The notes under the pieces are model-generated. The model worked only from the letters and a program-made list of their open reading frames with translations, made no database searches and was not told the origin of the DNA. The position numbers and the translations under genes were made by a program. This document shows positions 17,558-27,836 of a stretch of DNA of 64,000 nt, piece after piece; position 1 is the first letter of the stretch, and each line of letters opens with the position of its first letter. This stretch comes from Candidatus Omnitrophota bacterium (GTDB lineage Bacteria; Omnitrophota; Gorgyraeia; Zapsychrales; Zapsychraceae), in assembly GCA_028280285.1 (NCBI GenBank), contig JANQMA010000012.1:24817-88816 (forward strand), in the 5' to 3' direction.

Positions 17558-17974
17558 ATGTTCAAAGCCGAGATCAACCGACAATTGATGATAAGGGCTG
17601 ATAATGAAGTGGGTTCTTTATCTGAATTGACTTCCATTATGACACGTGCGCAGATTAATTTGCTTGCTCTGTGTGCATATGAGGTCGAGGGTAATGTTGC
17701 GATTATGTTTGTAACGGATGATAATAATGATGCCCGGAAATTATTACAGGAAAAAGGGTATCATGTTGAAGAGGAGGAAGTTATTCTTGTTGATGTGCCC
17801 AATCAGCCGGGAGCGCTTCAAGTTATAGTCGACAAATTCCGTGAATCGGGGATAAACATGCGGCTGCTTTACGGCAGTACCGGACAAAATGCGAAACATA
17901 GCACAGTTGTTATCATTGCAGAAGATAATCTCGATGCAATGATGATGATTAAAACAGAGCTTGAGCGTGGCTAG
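17558..17974 (+). CDS. Tandem ACT domain protein
   Basis: NEVGSL...INL and PNQPGAL...GINM ACT repeats. Confidence 0.8.
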   Translation: MFKAEINRQLMIRADNEVGSLSELTSIMTRAQINLLALCAYEVEGNVAIMFVTDDNNDARKLLQEKGYHVEEEEVILVDVPNQPGALQVIVDKFRESGINMRLLYGSTGQNAKHSTVVIIAEDNLDAMMMIKTELERG

Positions 17975-17995
17975 AGGATGTTTTAGCATTAATAT

Positions 17996-19018
17996 ATGAA
18001 TTCTCTTACCCAAAAAATCTCCTTTTCTCTTCTGGCAGCGCTTCTTATTTATTTAGCATTTTTTTCTATCCTTAATACACAAGTATTTACTAAAGCCATC
18101 ATATTTATTGCATTTCATCGAGCCGATAAGTCTGTTGAAGTATTAGATATTTCTTTCAGAGACCATATTCTGGATATTCCTGATTTTTTACAACTGAGTG
18201 ACTTTTCCATTTCTATTAGAGATAAAGATAAGATCACATGGGATTTGACTGCCAATGAGGCGAGCATCGAATGCCGTAATTGCCTTGATGAGGATAAAAG
18301 ACAGTTGGACATTCGTGTGGTGGATATGCAGATCAAAAATAATGAAGAAATCTATGTCGGTCATCTAGATTTGCAATTGGTGCTGGATTTAAAAGGCAAA
18401 GCGATTTGGAAAACCAATGGTGATATCCGGATTAAGTATATTGAGGATAGTGGGTTAGAGATCAAAAATTTTAAGGCATTGATTGCTGGGTATAAAAATG
18501 AGGTTGTTGTAAAGGATGTTTGGGCGGAGTTGGCCAAGGGGATTATAAAGGGCGAAATATTTCTGGAATATGCTAAAAATCTGCCCTATAGTATTAGCAT
18601 GCAATTTGTGGATATTGATGCGGATGAAATAGGTAATGATGGGCGACCTTTAAAAGAACATGTGCGTGGTCTATTTGACGGTTTTGTTGAAGTTTCCGGG
18701 AATGCAAAACGTATTAAACGTTTTAATGGAAGGATTTATGCCCCGAGCCAAAGCCGGGTGCATTCCAGGTTAATTGGTTTTTTGATGGGCTACCTGCCAA
18801 AAGAGGCCATTACAGAGCAATTTAAAGCGATTGTTAAATCTGATGATTTTGTTAACCTTGATGAATTTGATGTGACGTTTGTTAATAGTTCAGCGACATC
18901 TATTTTTACAAAAATACATATGCTTAGTCGTGAAAATAGTTTTGATTTAAACCCGGATATTGATATAAGACTGGGGACAAATATTATTAATCTTAAATCT
19001 TTACTAAAAGGTGACTAG
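17996..19018 (+). CDS. Membrane-anchored beta-rich protein, YdbH/AsmA-like (short)
   Basis: N-terminal TM segment, alternating beta-strand pattern, position upstream of YnbE- and YdbL-like genes. Confidence 0.55.
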   Translation: MNSLTQKISFSLLAALLIYLAFFSILNTQVFTKAIIFIAFHRADKSVEVLDISFRDHILDIPDFLQLSDFSISIRDKDKITWDLTANEASIECRNCLDEDKRQLDIRVVDMQIKNNEEIYVGHLDLQLVLDLKGKAIWKTNGDIRIKYIEDSGLEIKNFKALIAGYKNEVVVKDVWAELAKGIIKGEIFLEYAKNLPYSISMQFVDIDADEIGNDGRPLKEHVRGLFDGFVEVSGNAKRIKRFNGRIYAPSQSRVHSRLIGFLMGYLPKEAITEQFKAIVKSDDFVNLDEFDVTFVNSSATSIFTKIHMLSRENSFDLNPDIDIRLGTNIINLKSLLKGD

Positions 19019-19021
19019 ATA

Positions 19022-19237
19022 ATGTTACGCAATGCATTTTTTGTGAGCGGGCTTCTTTGTGTTTTATTTTTGGTGTCGGGTTGTACAGTTAAAGCTGTCG
19101 GGGATCCACAAAGACCAATTACCATTAACGCGCATATTACGCTTGATATTAAAGGTTTGGAAAAAACAGCACTAAACATTGAAGATTATGTAAGCGGAGA
19201 AAGTCAGCTTGAAACCCAAAGCACACCGGGAGAATAA
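19022..19237 (+). CDS. YnbE-like lipoprotein
   Basis: Lipobox VSGC; PITINAHITLDI. Confidence 0.65.
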   Translation: MLRNAFFVSGLLCVLFLVSGCTVKAVGDPQRPITINAHITLDIKGLEKTALNIEDYVSGESQLETQSTPGE

Positions 19238-19241
19238 AACT

Positions 19242-19649
19242 ATGAAAATAGGTTTAGTTATATTATTTATTTTTTCTTTATCGGTTGTGACAACACAACC
19301 GCTTGAGGCTGCCGGCTATAGTCTTAAAGAAGTAACGCCGGCTGTACAAAATGCCCTTGATGCACGCAAAAAGCGTTTTGATCGTTTGGCAGATCTTAAG
19401 GTTAAGGGCATGATCGGTGAAAATAATAATGGCTATGTTTCGGCGCTTGAGAAAAATAATGCCGCTGAGCAATTAGCCGATGAGGAGAATCAGAACCGTC
19501 GTGTTATTTATAAAGCCATTGCGCAGCAAAATGGTCTGGGTAAATCTGTTGATATTATAGAGAAGGTTTTTGCCCAGGTGAGGCGTGATAAAGCGCAATC
19601 AGGTGAAATGATCCAGCTTGAAACAGGTGACTGGGTTCAAAAACAATAA
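19242..19649 (+). CDS. YdbL / DUF1318 family exported protein
   Basis: GMIGENNNGY, ENQNRRVIYKAIA, GEMIQLETGDWVQK. Confidence 0.85.
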   Translation: MKIGLVILFIFSLSVVTTQPLEAAGYSLKEVTPAVQNALDARKKRFDRLADLKVKGMIGENNNGYVSALEKNNAAEQLADEENQNRRVIYKAIAQQNGLGKSVDIIEKVFAQVRRDKAQSGEMIQLETGDWVQKQ

Positions 19650-19664
19650 ACCGAGGAGGTTTAT

Positions 19665-20135
19665 ATGGTGAAGGCCACTGAGAAAAGACAGCGCAAGCGA
19701 TATGTACCTAAGAAAAATGTCAGGGTTGATTTCTATTATCCTGTTAAAACAAAGGTTGAGTTTGAACAGGATGAAAAATCTACAGAAGAACATTCAAAAC
19801 ATCAGGGAATGAGTAAAAATTTTAGCACTCATGGGATGTGTTTTAATTCGGATGTCTGCCTCAATCGAGGGGAACATTTAAACCTTGAAGTTTACATCCC
19901 GCTTCGGGAAGAGCCTATCTGTATGGAAGGGCGTGTCTGCTGGTCGGATGAGGAGCAAAAAGATTCATTTGATACAGGTGTTGAGATTCTTTCTGTTGAA
20001 GGAAAGAACGTGGATGATACGGTTTATCATGATGAAGTCTATGATGTCGATTGGAGTGAGGTTTTGGAATCTGTTTTAGGTCAATTTCGTATTTTGGCGC
20101 AGAAGGAGAGAGAAAAAAATGATGCTCAAAAATAA
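19665..20135 (+). CDS. PilZ domain protein
   Basis: RQRKR (RxxxR) and NFSTHG (NxSxxG); GRVCW. Confidence 0.8.
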   Translation: MVKATEKRQRKRYVPKKNVRVDFYYPVKTKVEFEQDEKSTEEHSKHQGMSKNFSTHGMCFNSDVCLNRGEHLNLEVYIPLREEPICMEGRVCWSDEEQKDSFDTGVEILSVEGKNVDDTVYHDEVYDVDWSEVLESVLGQFRILAQKEREKNDAQK

Positions 20136-20766
20136 AATACATCTGCTGAGTGTATTGATGCTTTTTGTATTTGCGGGAGGATGTTCATCGGCTAACAAAG
20201 GGATGTCGTACTCAGGGTTTTTAGGCGACTATTCACGTATACGCCCAAGTAACATTATTGAGGATGTTTATGTGGATAAAAGTGATACCAAGACACTGGG
20301 CGATTATGATAAATTTATTATTACTCCGATTGTTATGTTTTTTCATAATGATGCGAAGGGGATCGGTGTTGAGCCCGGTAAACTTAAAGAGCTGACGGAT
20401 ATTTTTTATGATAAAGCGGTTGAAGCGTTATCTGAGCACTATGAGATTGTGGATGAACCTGGTGAGGGTGTTATGCTTATTCGCATTGCTGTGACCGATG
20501 TTGTCGCAAACAAAGTGGCGCTTAATTTGCATTGGTCAACGACAGCAAGTGGGGTTGGTATCGGTGGAGCGGCGATTGAGGCGGAGTTTCTTGATTCGGT
20601 AACACAGGAAAGAGTGTTGGCTTTTATTGATTCGCGTAAGGGCAAACGTTACAAATACAATAAGGGTTTGACAAAATGGGGGCACACCAAAGATGTCTTC
20701 GAACAATGGGCGACTATGTTTGTTGAACGTTTGGATGAATTGCATGGGTATACGGAGGAAGGATAG
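20119..20766 (+). CDS. DUF3313 family lipoprotein
   Basis: AGGC lipobox; SGFLGDYS; IRIAVTDV; IEAEFLDSVT. Confidence 0.8.
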   Translation: MMLKNKIHLLSVLMLFVFAGGCSSANKGMSYSGFLGDYSRIRPSNIIEDVYVDKSDTKTLGDYDKFIITPIVMFFHNDAKGIGVEPGKLKELTDIFYDKAVEALSEHYEIVDEPGEGVMLIRIAVTDVVANKVALNLHWSTTASGVGIGGAAIEAEFLDSVTQERVLAFIDSRKGKRYKYNKGLTKWGHTKDVFEQWATMFVERLDELHGYTEEG

Positions 20767-20769
20767 GGT

Positions 20770-21300
20770 ATGAATACAGCAACTCAGCCGGATGATTATT
20801 ATGCAGCCAGGTTATTTATCGGTTTAACAGTGGGTGATATTATGCGCAGGGACCTTGTTTTAATTTATAGTGATGAAAATTTAAGCAAGGCATTGCAGTT
20901 GTTTGTGAAAGAACATATTTTTTATCTGCCGGTTGTCAATCGCTCGCAAAAATTAATGGGGATTTTAACGCAAAAGTATCTATATAAAATTCGCTCACCG
21001 CGCCGGATTATTGATCCGGACATGGAATTTAATAAAGAAGTATTGCGTGATGGCGATAGTTTTTATGAGAAAGAGACATTGGATAGTTATATTCTTTCTA
21101 ATATTATGTTTAAAACACCATTTACCATGAACCCGGAGCAAACCGCAGCAGAAGCTGTTTTACATATGGCGGATAAACATTTGGGCTGCATTCCCATTGT
21201 CGAGAATAATGGTAAAATATGCGGTGTGTTGACGGCCGATGAAATTATGAATTTTATCGGGCGAGTAATTCGGCAAAACGGAAATATTATCGGTGAATAA
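20770..21300 (+). CDS. CBS domain pair protein
   Basis: VGDIM, LPVV..GIL, IPIVE..GVLT. Confidence 0.85.
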   Translation: MNTATQPDDYYAARLFIGLTVGDIMRRDLVLIYSDENLSKALQLFVKEHIFYLPVVNRSQKLMGILTQKYLYKIRSPRRIIDPDMEFNKEVLRDGDSFYEKETLDSYILSNIMFKTPFTMNPEQTAAEAVLHMADKHLGCIPIVENNGKICGVLTADEIMNFIGRVIRQNGNIIGE

Positions 21301-21303
21301 AAT

Positions 21304-23298
21304 TTGAAGTTGTTGAATGTGAAACAATATTGGCCGACCATAGTTTTGTTTTTGGTCGGCTTTCTTATTTATGCCAACACGTTAAACGGCGAGTTTCAGT
21401 TTGATGATTTTGGTTACATTGTCTATAATAAAGCGATTCACAATATCAATGATATTCCGGCGATTTGGAATGCGCTATCCCATCCTAGCCGTTTTGTTGC
21501 TTTTTTTACCTTTGCGTTAAACTATCACTATCACGGTCTTAATGTTTTTGGATATCATTTGGTCAATGTTATTATTCATTGTGCTAATGGGCTTTTGATT
21601 TTTTATTTTCTGCAGTTATTTCTAACCAAACTTCAGCAGCAAAATAAATTCCGTCGGGGTGAAGTAAAATATTTTGCTTTTTTTGTCGCTTTGCTTTTTC
21701 TTATTCATCCTGTTCAAACACAAGCTGTCAGTTATATTGTGCAGCGTTTCACATCGCTCGCCACATTATTTTACCTTGCAAGTTTATGTTTGTTTTTAAT
21801 GGCGATGAAAGCTGAAACAAAGAAAGATAAGCTTCGGCTGTGGATTAGGCTTATTGTTACGTGTGCTTTGGGCATGTTGACCAAACCTATTGTCTTCACA
21901 TTGCCGTTTATGCTTATTTTTATTTACCGTGTTTGTTTCGGGCGTATCGCTTATAGCAAAGTAATTATGCTTTGTTTGCCGCTTTTCATTATTCCGGCGT
22001 GCTTTGCTTTTAATGTCCAAAATATATTTTTTAAACAGATCCCATCGGGCTCGCATGTGGGTGATATGATTACGATGGGCAATTATGCACTGACACAGTT
22101 CAGTGTTCTTTTGCAGTATTTCAAAATTTTAATGCTTCCGCTTGGGCAGGTGCTCGACTATGATTTTCCGGTTGTGAACAGCATTCTCAATCTGCGTGTA
22201 TTAGGCGGCATGGGATTAATTGGAATTTTAGGGTGCGTGGCTGTCCGTACGTATAGAAAAAATTTTATTGTGTCATTTGGCATTATCTGGTTCTTTTTAA
22301 CCATTGCAGTCAGCTCAAGTATTATCCCGATTCGTCATGTGATTTTTGAGCATCGTCTGTATTTACCGTCGATCGGTTTTTTTATTGTGCTCGTTGCGCT
22401 TATAGATCGTAGCCTGCGCATGCCCTTTAAAGCATGGGTTATTGTCATTTTAACGTTGTGTTTGGGTGTGGCTACGTATGAACGTAACAAGGTATGGCAG
22501 ACACAGGTATCTTTATGGCAAGATGTCATCGAAAAATCACCTAATAAGTTCCGTGGGTATGAGCATCTTGGTAATATTGCACTTGATCATCATCAGTATG
22601 CAGCGGCGTTAAATTACTATGATCGTGTGCACAAGCTTAATCCTGACTATACAATGATATTGCTGAATTATGCCATTGCCCTTAAAGGGTTGGGGCAATA
22701 TGCGCAAGCGCTTGAACTTTTTGAAAGAATCGAATTTGATTTTGATCGTAATCCACGTTTGTATTTTAACCGGGCTGTACTTTGGGAGCAGCTGGGTCAA
22801 ACAGATAAGGCGCTTGCCGATTACAGCTGGGCGATTACCTTGAATGATCGGTATTTAGCTGCGTATATCAATAGGGCCAATTTATGGGCCGAGTTAAAAG
22901 AATATGAGCGGGCTCAAATAGACTTTATTCAGGCTAAAAAGATTAATGATCAGGTGAAAGAGGTGTATATCGGCTTGGGTAATTTATATGGGAAGCAGGA
23001 AAAGTACGGCCTGGCCATTATTCATTTTAGTCAGGCCATTGCTGTGGATCCTGCATTCGCCCAAAGCTATCATAATCGCGGCAATGCCTATTTTTTTAAT
23101 AATAATCTCTACGAGGCTCTTCAGGACTACAATTTAGCGATAAAACTTGAACCGGCACAAGGATTAGTGTATTATCATCGTTCAGTAGTGCATGAGCGTT
23201 TAGGTCATATTCGCAAGGCCTTGGAGGATGCGCTCAAGGCACGGTCATTAGGGGCCAAGCTACCCAAAGGCTATATCGATAAACTTCAAAAGCGTTAA
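21304..23298 (+). CDS. TMTC-like GT-C membrane glycosyltransferase with C-terminal TPRs (paralog 1)
   Basis: FQFDD, YHLVNVIIH, HPVQTQAVSYIVQR, EHRLYLPS, ERNKVW, then TPRs. Confidence 0.8.
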   Translation: MKLLNVKQYWPTIVLFLVGFLIYANTLNGEFQFDDFGYIVYNKAIHNINDIPAIWNALSHPSRFVAFFTFALNYHYHGLNVFGYHLVNVIIHCANGLLIFYFLQLFLTKLQQQNKFRRGEVKYFAFFVALLFLIHPVQTQAVSYIVQRFTSLATLFYLASLCLFLMAMKAETKKDKLRLWIRLIVTCALGMLTKPIVFTLPFMLIFIYRVCFGRIAYSKVIMLCLPLFIIPACFAFNVQNIFFKQIPSGSHVGDMITMGNYALTQFSVLLQYFKILMLPLGQVLDYDFPVVNSILNLRVLGGMGLIGILGCVAVRTYRKNFIVSFGIIWFFLTIAVSSSIIPIRHVIFEHRLYLPSIGFFIVLVALIDRSLRMPFKAWVIVILTLCLGVATYERNKVWQTQVSLWQDVIEKSPNKFRGYEHLGNIALDHHQYAAALNYYDRVHKLNPDYTMILLNYAIALKGLGQYAQALELFERIEFDFDRNPRLYFNRAVLWEQLGQTDKALADYSWAITLNDRYLAAYINRANLWAELKEYERAQIDFIQAKKINDQVKEVYIGLGNLYGKQEKYGLAIIHFSQAIAVDPAFAQSYHNRGNAYFFNNNLYEALQDYNLAIKLEPAQGLVYYHRSVVHERLGHIRKALEDALKARSLGAKLPKGYIDKLQKR

Positions 23299-23310
23299 AT
23301 CAAAATACAT

Positions 23311-25860
23311 ATGAAACAGATCCTTATTAAACTGCTGGCTGTTGGGCTTATTTGCGGTGTAGGTTGGGGTATTTATTCTAACTCTTTGCATGGTAAGTTT
23401 CAATTTGATGATATGGGTTATATCGCTCGCAATGATTCGATTCGCGATATTACTAATATTAAAGCGATTTGGAATGCTTTGGCCCATCCAAGCCGGTTTA
23501 TCGGTTTTCTTACATTCGCTGTCAATTTTCATTTTTCCAAGAGCGATGTCTACGGGTATCATGTCACCAATGTGATCATTCATATTCTCGTCGCGTTAAG
23601 TGTATGGTGGTTTGTCAGGAATTTGTTTAGGACCCCGCGTATCGTTAATCTCAATGGTATATCTAAAGAAATATATGAGGGAAGGGAATGGATTGCCTTT
23701 TTTGTGGCGGCTGTATTTTTAACCCATCCGATTGAAACGCAAGCAGTATCCTATATTGCGCAACGTCTTGCCTCTTTGGCCACGCTGTTTTATATTTTGA
23801 CGCTAAATTTTTATGTTAAGGCACGCTTAAATAAAGTGCGTTGGCAAAGTATTGGGCTTTTTATTTGTGCGTTTCTGACAGCGATTTTGGGGATGTTTAC
23901 CAAGCAGATCACATTTACACTTCCCTTTATGGTGGTGATCATTGAGTTGTATTTTCTCAATAAGGACGGCAACCTGTCTTGGATTAAAAGAATTTTTAAA
24001 CCGCAGTATGTGGCGCTTTTTATCGGATTTTTATTAATTATCCCGTGGATGTTTGATTTCGATCCTAAAAATGTTTTCAAATGGAATATTGCCTCAGGTT
24101 CGCATATTGGGGATATTATCAATCCGGTTAATTACTTTTGGACGCAGATGGAGGTGGTCCCGCATTATATCCGTTTACTATTCATTCCTATAGGACAGAA
24201 TCTCGACTATGACTGGCAGGTGGTTAATACTTTTTGGGATCCTCAGGCATTATTTGGTTTTATTTTTTTAATCGCTTTGTTTATTTTCGGTCTGCGTTGT
24301 TATAAAAAACATGTGTTTGTGTCTTTCGGTATTCTCTGGTTTTTTGTGACCGCCAGTATTGAATCAAGTATTATTCCGATTCGCCATGTGATTTTTGAGC
24401 ATCGGGTTTACTTGCCGTCATTCGGTTGTTTTATTGCTGTTCTTCCTTTTCTTTATGGGTTTATGCGTAACCGCAATGCTTATTTAACTGTCGTGACGGT
24501 TATTGTGGTGATATTATCTGTTCTAACCTATAAACGCAATGAGGTGTGGGCGAATCATTTTTCTATGTGGAATGATGTTAAAAAAGGTTCTCCTAATAAA
24601 GCACGGCCTTATAACAATTTGGCGATCGGTTATTTGGAGTTACGCCAAAATGATGAAGCACTCGTCGAGCTTAATGAGTCGCTCAGGATTGATCCAAATT
24701 TTGCTGAGGCGCTTAATAACCGTGGTGTTGTTTGGAAGCGCAAAAGGCTCTATGATCTGGCACTTAAGGATTTAAACAAAGCTATTGAAATTAATCCGAG
24801 TTATATTGATGCCTATTATAATCGCGGTAATGCGTTTCATTATAGTGGCCGGTATCAGGAGGCCCTTGCGAGTTTTGCCAAGGTGCTTGAGATTAATCCA
24901 AATTTTACCGAAGCATACAATGAGTTGGGGATCGTTTACAAAAAGATGCGCCAATATGATAAATCGCTTCAAATGTATAATGAGGCGCTTAAACGTGTGC
25001 CGACGTATGGTGATGCGATTTACAACCGGGGCAATGTGCATTATTTAAAAAAGGATTATCAAAAAGCATTAAGTGATTTTACTAAGGCAATAGCCTATAA
25101 AAAGAATTTTATTGAAGCCTTTAATCAGCGTGGCGTCGTGAACCGGCAGTTGGGACGTAATCAAGAAGCGCTGAATGATTTTTCCAGCGCTCTAAGAATT
25201 AATCCGAAGAATGTCACATCCTACTATAATCGGGCCAAGGTGTATATTGCTATGGAAAAACTCGATGAAGCGGTTATTGATTTAACTAAAGCCATTTCGA
25301 TTAATGCTAATTTAAAAGAGGCTTATAATGAGCGCGGGATTGTTTATAAGAAGCAGCAAAAATACCAAAGGGCCATAGAAGACTTCACGAAGGCGATAAG
25401 TCTGGATACTAAATATGTTGATGCCTACAACAACCGCGGTAATGCCTATACGGGACTTAAACAATATGACTTGGCCCTTAATGATTATAATACAGCGATT
25501 GGGATCAATCCGAATTTTGCGACGTCGTATTATAACAAGGGTCTTATCATGGATTACAAGGGGGCGTTTAAGGAGTCACTTGCGCTTTATGATAGGGCGA
25601 TCACACTGAATCCGAATATAGCCATTATGTATTGGAAGCGAGGTAATGCGTACCGCAATGTTGAGGAGTATGAAAAGGCAATGGAAGATGTGCTTAAGGC
25701 GCAAAGCATGGGGTTTCAGGTTCATCATGTCTATTTGAAAAAACTTGAGAATGATATTACGCGGGCCCAAAAGGCCGCTGAGGAATTAGCCGGCGACAGT
25801 CAGGATGAGATTGAAATTATGGATAAAAAGAAGAGAAAGAAAAAACGTAAGAAGAAGTGA
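23311..25860 (+). CDS. TMTC-like GT-C membrane glycosyltransferase with extended TPR array (paralog 2)
   Basis: Same motifs (FQFDD, HPIETQAVSYIAQR, EHRVYLPS); about a dozen AYxNRG-type TPRs; poly-Lys/Arg tail. Confidence 0.82.
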   Translation: MKQILIKLLAVGLICGVGWGIYSNSLHGKFQFDDMGYIARNDSIRDITNIKAIWNALAHPSRFIGFLTFAVNFHFSKSDVYGYHVTNVIIHILVALSVWWFVRNLFRTPRIVNLNGISKEIYEGREWIAFFVAAVFLTHPIETQAVSYIAQRLASLATLFYILTLNFYVKARLNKVRWQSIGLFICAFLTAILGMFTKQITFTLPFMVVIIELYFLNKDGNLSWIKRIFKPQYVALFIGFLLIIPWMFDFDPKNVFKWNIASGSHIGDIINPVNYFWTQMEVVPHYIRLLFIPIGQNLDYDWQVVNTFWDPQALFGFIFLIALFIFGLRCYKKHVFVSFGILWFFVTASIESSIIPIRHVIFEHRVYLPSFGCFIAVLPFLYGFMRNRNAYLTVVTVIVVILSVLTYKRNEVWANHFSMWNDVKKGSPNKARPYNNLAIGYLELRQNDEALVELNESLRIDPNFAEALNNRGVVWKRKRLYDLALKDLNKAIEINPSYIDAYYNRGNAFHYSGRYQEALASFAKVLEINPNFTEAYNELGIVYKKMRQYDKSLQMYNEALKRVPTYGDAIYNRGNVHYLKKDYQKALSDFTKAIAYKKNFIEAFNQRGVVNRQLGRNQEALNDFSSALRINPKNVTSYYNRAKVYIAMEKLDEAVIDLTKAISINANLKEAYNERGIVYKKQQKYQRAIEDFTKAISLDTKYVDAYNNRGNAYTGLKQYDLALNDYNTAIGINPNFATSYYNKGLIMDYKGAFKESLALYDRAITLNPNIAIMYWKRGNAYRNVEEYEKAMEDVLKAQSMGFQVHHVYLKKLENDITRAQKAAEELAGDSQDEIEIMDKKKRKKKRKKK

Positions 25861-25906
25861 TAAGAGTTTCACAAATTTAGTGTTTTTCTGAACAAGTATC
25901 CTGCCG

Positions 25907-27277
25907 ATGAAAACAATCCCCCAATGGGCGAATAATAAAGATAACTTGGACTTTAATGAAGAATTCACCCGCGCCTATGATCTTTTAGAAAATAGCAGTA
26001 AGCATGTTTTTATTACCGGTAAAGCCGGTACAGGTAAATCAACCCTCCTTAAATATTTCCGTTCTAACACGATCAAAAATGCCGCGGTTGTTGCTCCGAC
26101 TGGAGTTGCTGCCATTAATGTTCAGGGCCAGACGATTCATTCCTTTTTTGGGTTTAAGCCCGACATTACGCCACAGACAGTAGTCGATTTGCGTGTTTCT
26201 AAACAAAAACGTGAAATGTTTGCTGCACTTAACATGGTTATTATTGATGAAATATCCATGGTGCGTGCGGATTTGCTTGATTGTGTAAATAAGTTTTTGC
26301 GTATGTATGGACCTGACCCGACGCTTAATTTCGGGGGTGTACAGATGGTGTTTTTTGGTGATATGTTTCAACTCCCGCCGATTGTTACTTACCAGGACCG
26401 TGCGCTTTTTGCCGAGCATTACCGCAGTCCTTATTTTTTCAATGCCCATGTGATGGAGGATTTGGGGCGTGATGGCTTTGAAGGTTTGGAGTTTGTTGAA
26501 CTTAAGAAAGTCTACCGGCAAACCGATCAAGATTTTGTCGATATCCTAAATGCGATTCGGGATAATACGGTTAATTCTGAGCAGCTAGCGGCTTTAAACG
26601 CGCGGTGCGATCCAGGTTTTGAGTCGGATGATGATGACTTTTATATTTACTTAACGACGACCAATAAACAAGCGGATGAAATTAATCAAAATCATTTAAG
26701 CGGTATATCGGCGATTGCCCAAACATTTGGGGGAGAGAGGACAGGACAGTTTGATTTGAAGAGTCTGCCCACCCAAGAAGAATTGACCCTTAAATTAGGG
26801 GCGCAGATCATGTTGCTTAATAATGACCCAATGGGCCGCTGGATCAATGGGAGTATTGGCAAAGTGCTTTCTTTTCATGGGGATGAGACCAATGCATCGA
26901 TTCGGATTGAGCTGGCTGATGGGAAGGTTGTCAATGTAACGCCCTTTACTTGGGAGATGTTTAAGTTTTCCTATGACGCGAAATCTGGTATGCTAGTCTC
27001 AGAAAGTGTTGGGTCGTTTACTCAGCTGCCGATCAGACTTGCCTGGGCGGTGACTATTCATAAAGCGCAAGGCAAAACCTTTGAACGGGTTATTGTTGAT
27101 GTGGGGCGCGGCACTTTCGCGCACGGTCAGATGTATGTGGCACTTACGCGTTGTACATCTTTAGATGGGCTTATTTTAAGTAAGCCAATTAGCAAACGCG
27201 ATATCATTGTAGATCGCAATATTGTTGCGTTTAGTAAATTTCATAAAATGGTGCAGGCAAAAGGACGGTTTGAATGA
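25907..27277 (+). CDS. Pif1-family SF1B DNA helicase
   Basis: TGKAGTGKS, IIDEISM, GDMFQLPP, QLPIRLAWAVTIHKAQG, YVALTR. Confidence 0.9.
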   Translation: MKTIPQWANNKDNLDFNEEFTRAYDLLENSSKHVFITGKAGTGKSTLLKYFRSNTIKNAAVVAPTGVAAINVQGQTIHSFFGFKPDITPQTVVDLRVSKQKREMFAALNMVIIDEISMVRADLLDCVNKFLRMYGPDPTLNFGGVQMVFFGDMFQLPPIVTYQDRALFAEHYRSPYFFNAHVMEDLGRDGFEGLEFVELKKVYRQTDQDFVDILNAIRDNTVNSEQLAALNARCDPGFESDDDDFYIYLTTTNKQADEINQNHLSGISAIAQTFGGERTGQFDLKSLPTQEELTLKLGAQIMLLNNDPMGRWINGSIGKVLSFHGDETNASIRIELADGKVVNVTPFTWEMFKFSYDAKSGMLVSESVGSFTQLPIRLAWAVTIHKAQGKTFERVIVDVGRGTFAHGQMYVALTRCTSLDGLILSKPISKRDIIVDRNIVAFSKFHKMVQAKGRFE

Positions 27278-27834
27278 AGATAGCGATCTGTATTATTTTT
27301 CTCATTATTGGTTTTACATTTATAGGTATGAAGTATGGAAAACTAAGTACAGCCAACGCGCGTCAGGAGAAAACAATGACAAACGCAGATGGATCAATCG
27401 ATATTTATGATTACGCAACAAAGCAAATCAAAAAAATGAAACCAATCGTTAAAAGTAAAGATGAGTGGCGCAAAGTATTAACGCCGGAACAATATTATAT
27501 TTTGCGTGAAGAAGGAACAGAACGGCCGTTTACGCATCCTTTAAATGACAATAAGAAAAAAGGGGTCTATAAGTCGGCAGCATCCGGTGTTGTCTTATTT
27601 CATTCTGATCAAAAGTTTGAGTCGGGAACGGGTTGGCCGTCTTTTTTCGATGTTGTGGCGAAAGAAAATATCGAACTTAGAGAAGACAATTCACTTTTTA
27701 TGACGCGCATAGAGGTTGTCGATAAAATTAGCGGTTCCCATTTAGGGCATGTGTTTAATGACGGACCGCCGCCAACAGGTTTGCGTTATTGCATTAACGG
27801 GGCGGCGCTTGTCTTTGAAGAAACCACTGAATAA
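27274..27834 (+). CDS. msrB: Peptide-methionine (R)-S-oxide reductase with N-terminal anchor
   Basis: GTERPF, SGTGWPSF, HLGHVFNDGPPPTGLRYCING. Confidence 0.93.
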   Translation: MKIAICIIFLIIGFTFIGMKYGKLSTANARQEKTMTNADGSIDIYDYATKQIKKMKPIVKSKDEWRKVLTPEQYYILREEGTERPFTHPLNDNKKKGVYKSAASGVVLFHSDQKFESGTGWPSFFDVVAKENIELREDNSLFMTRIEVVDKISGSHLGHVFNDGPPPTGLRYCINGAALVFEETTE

Positions 27835-27836
27835 TA

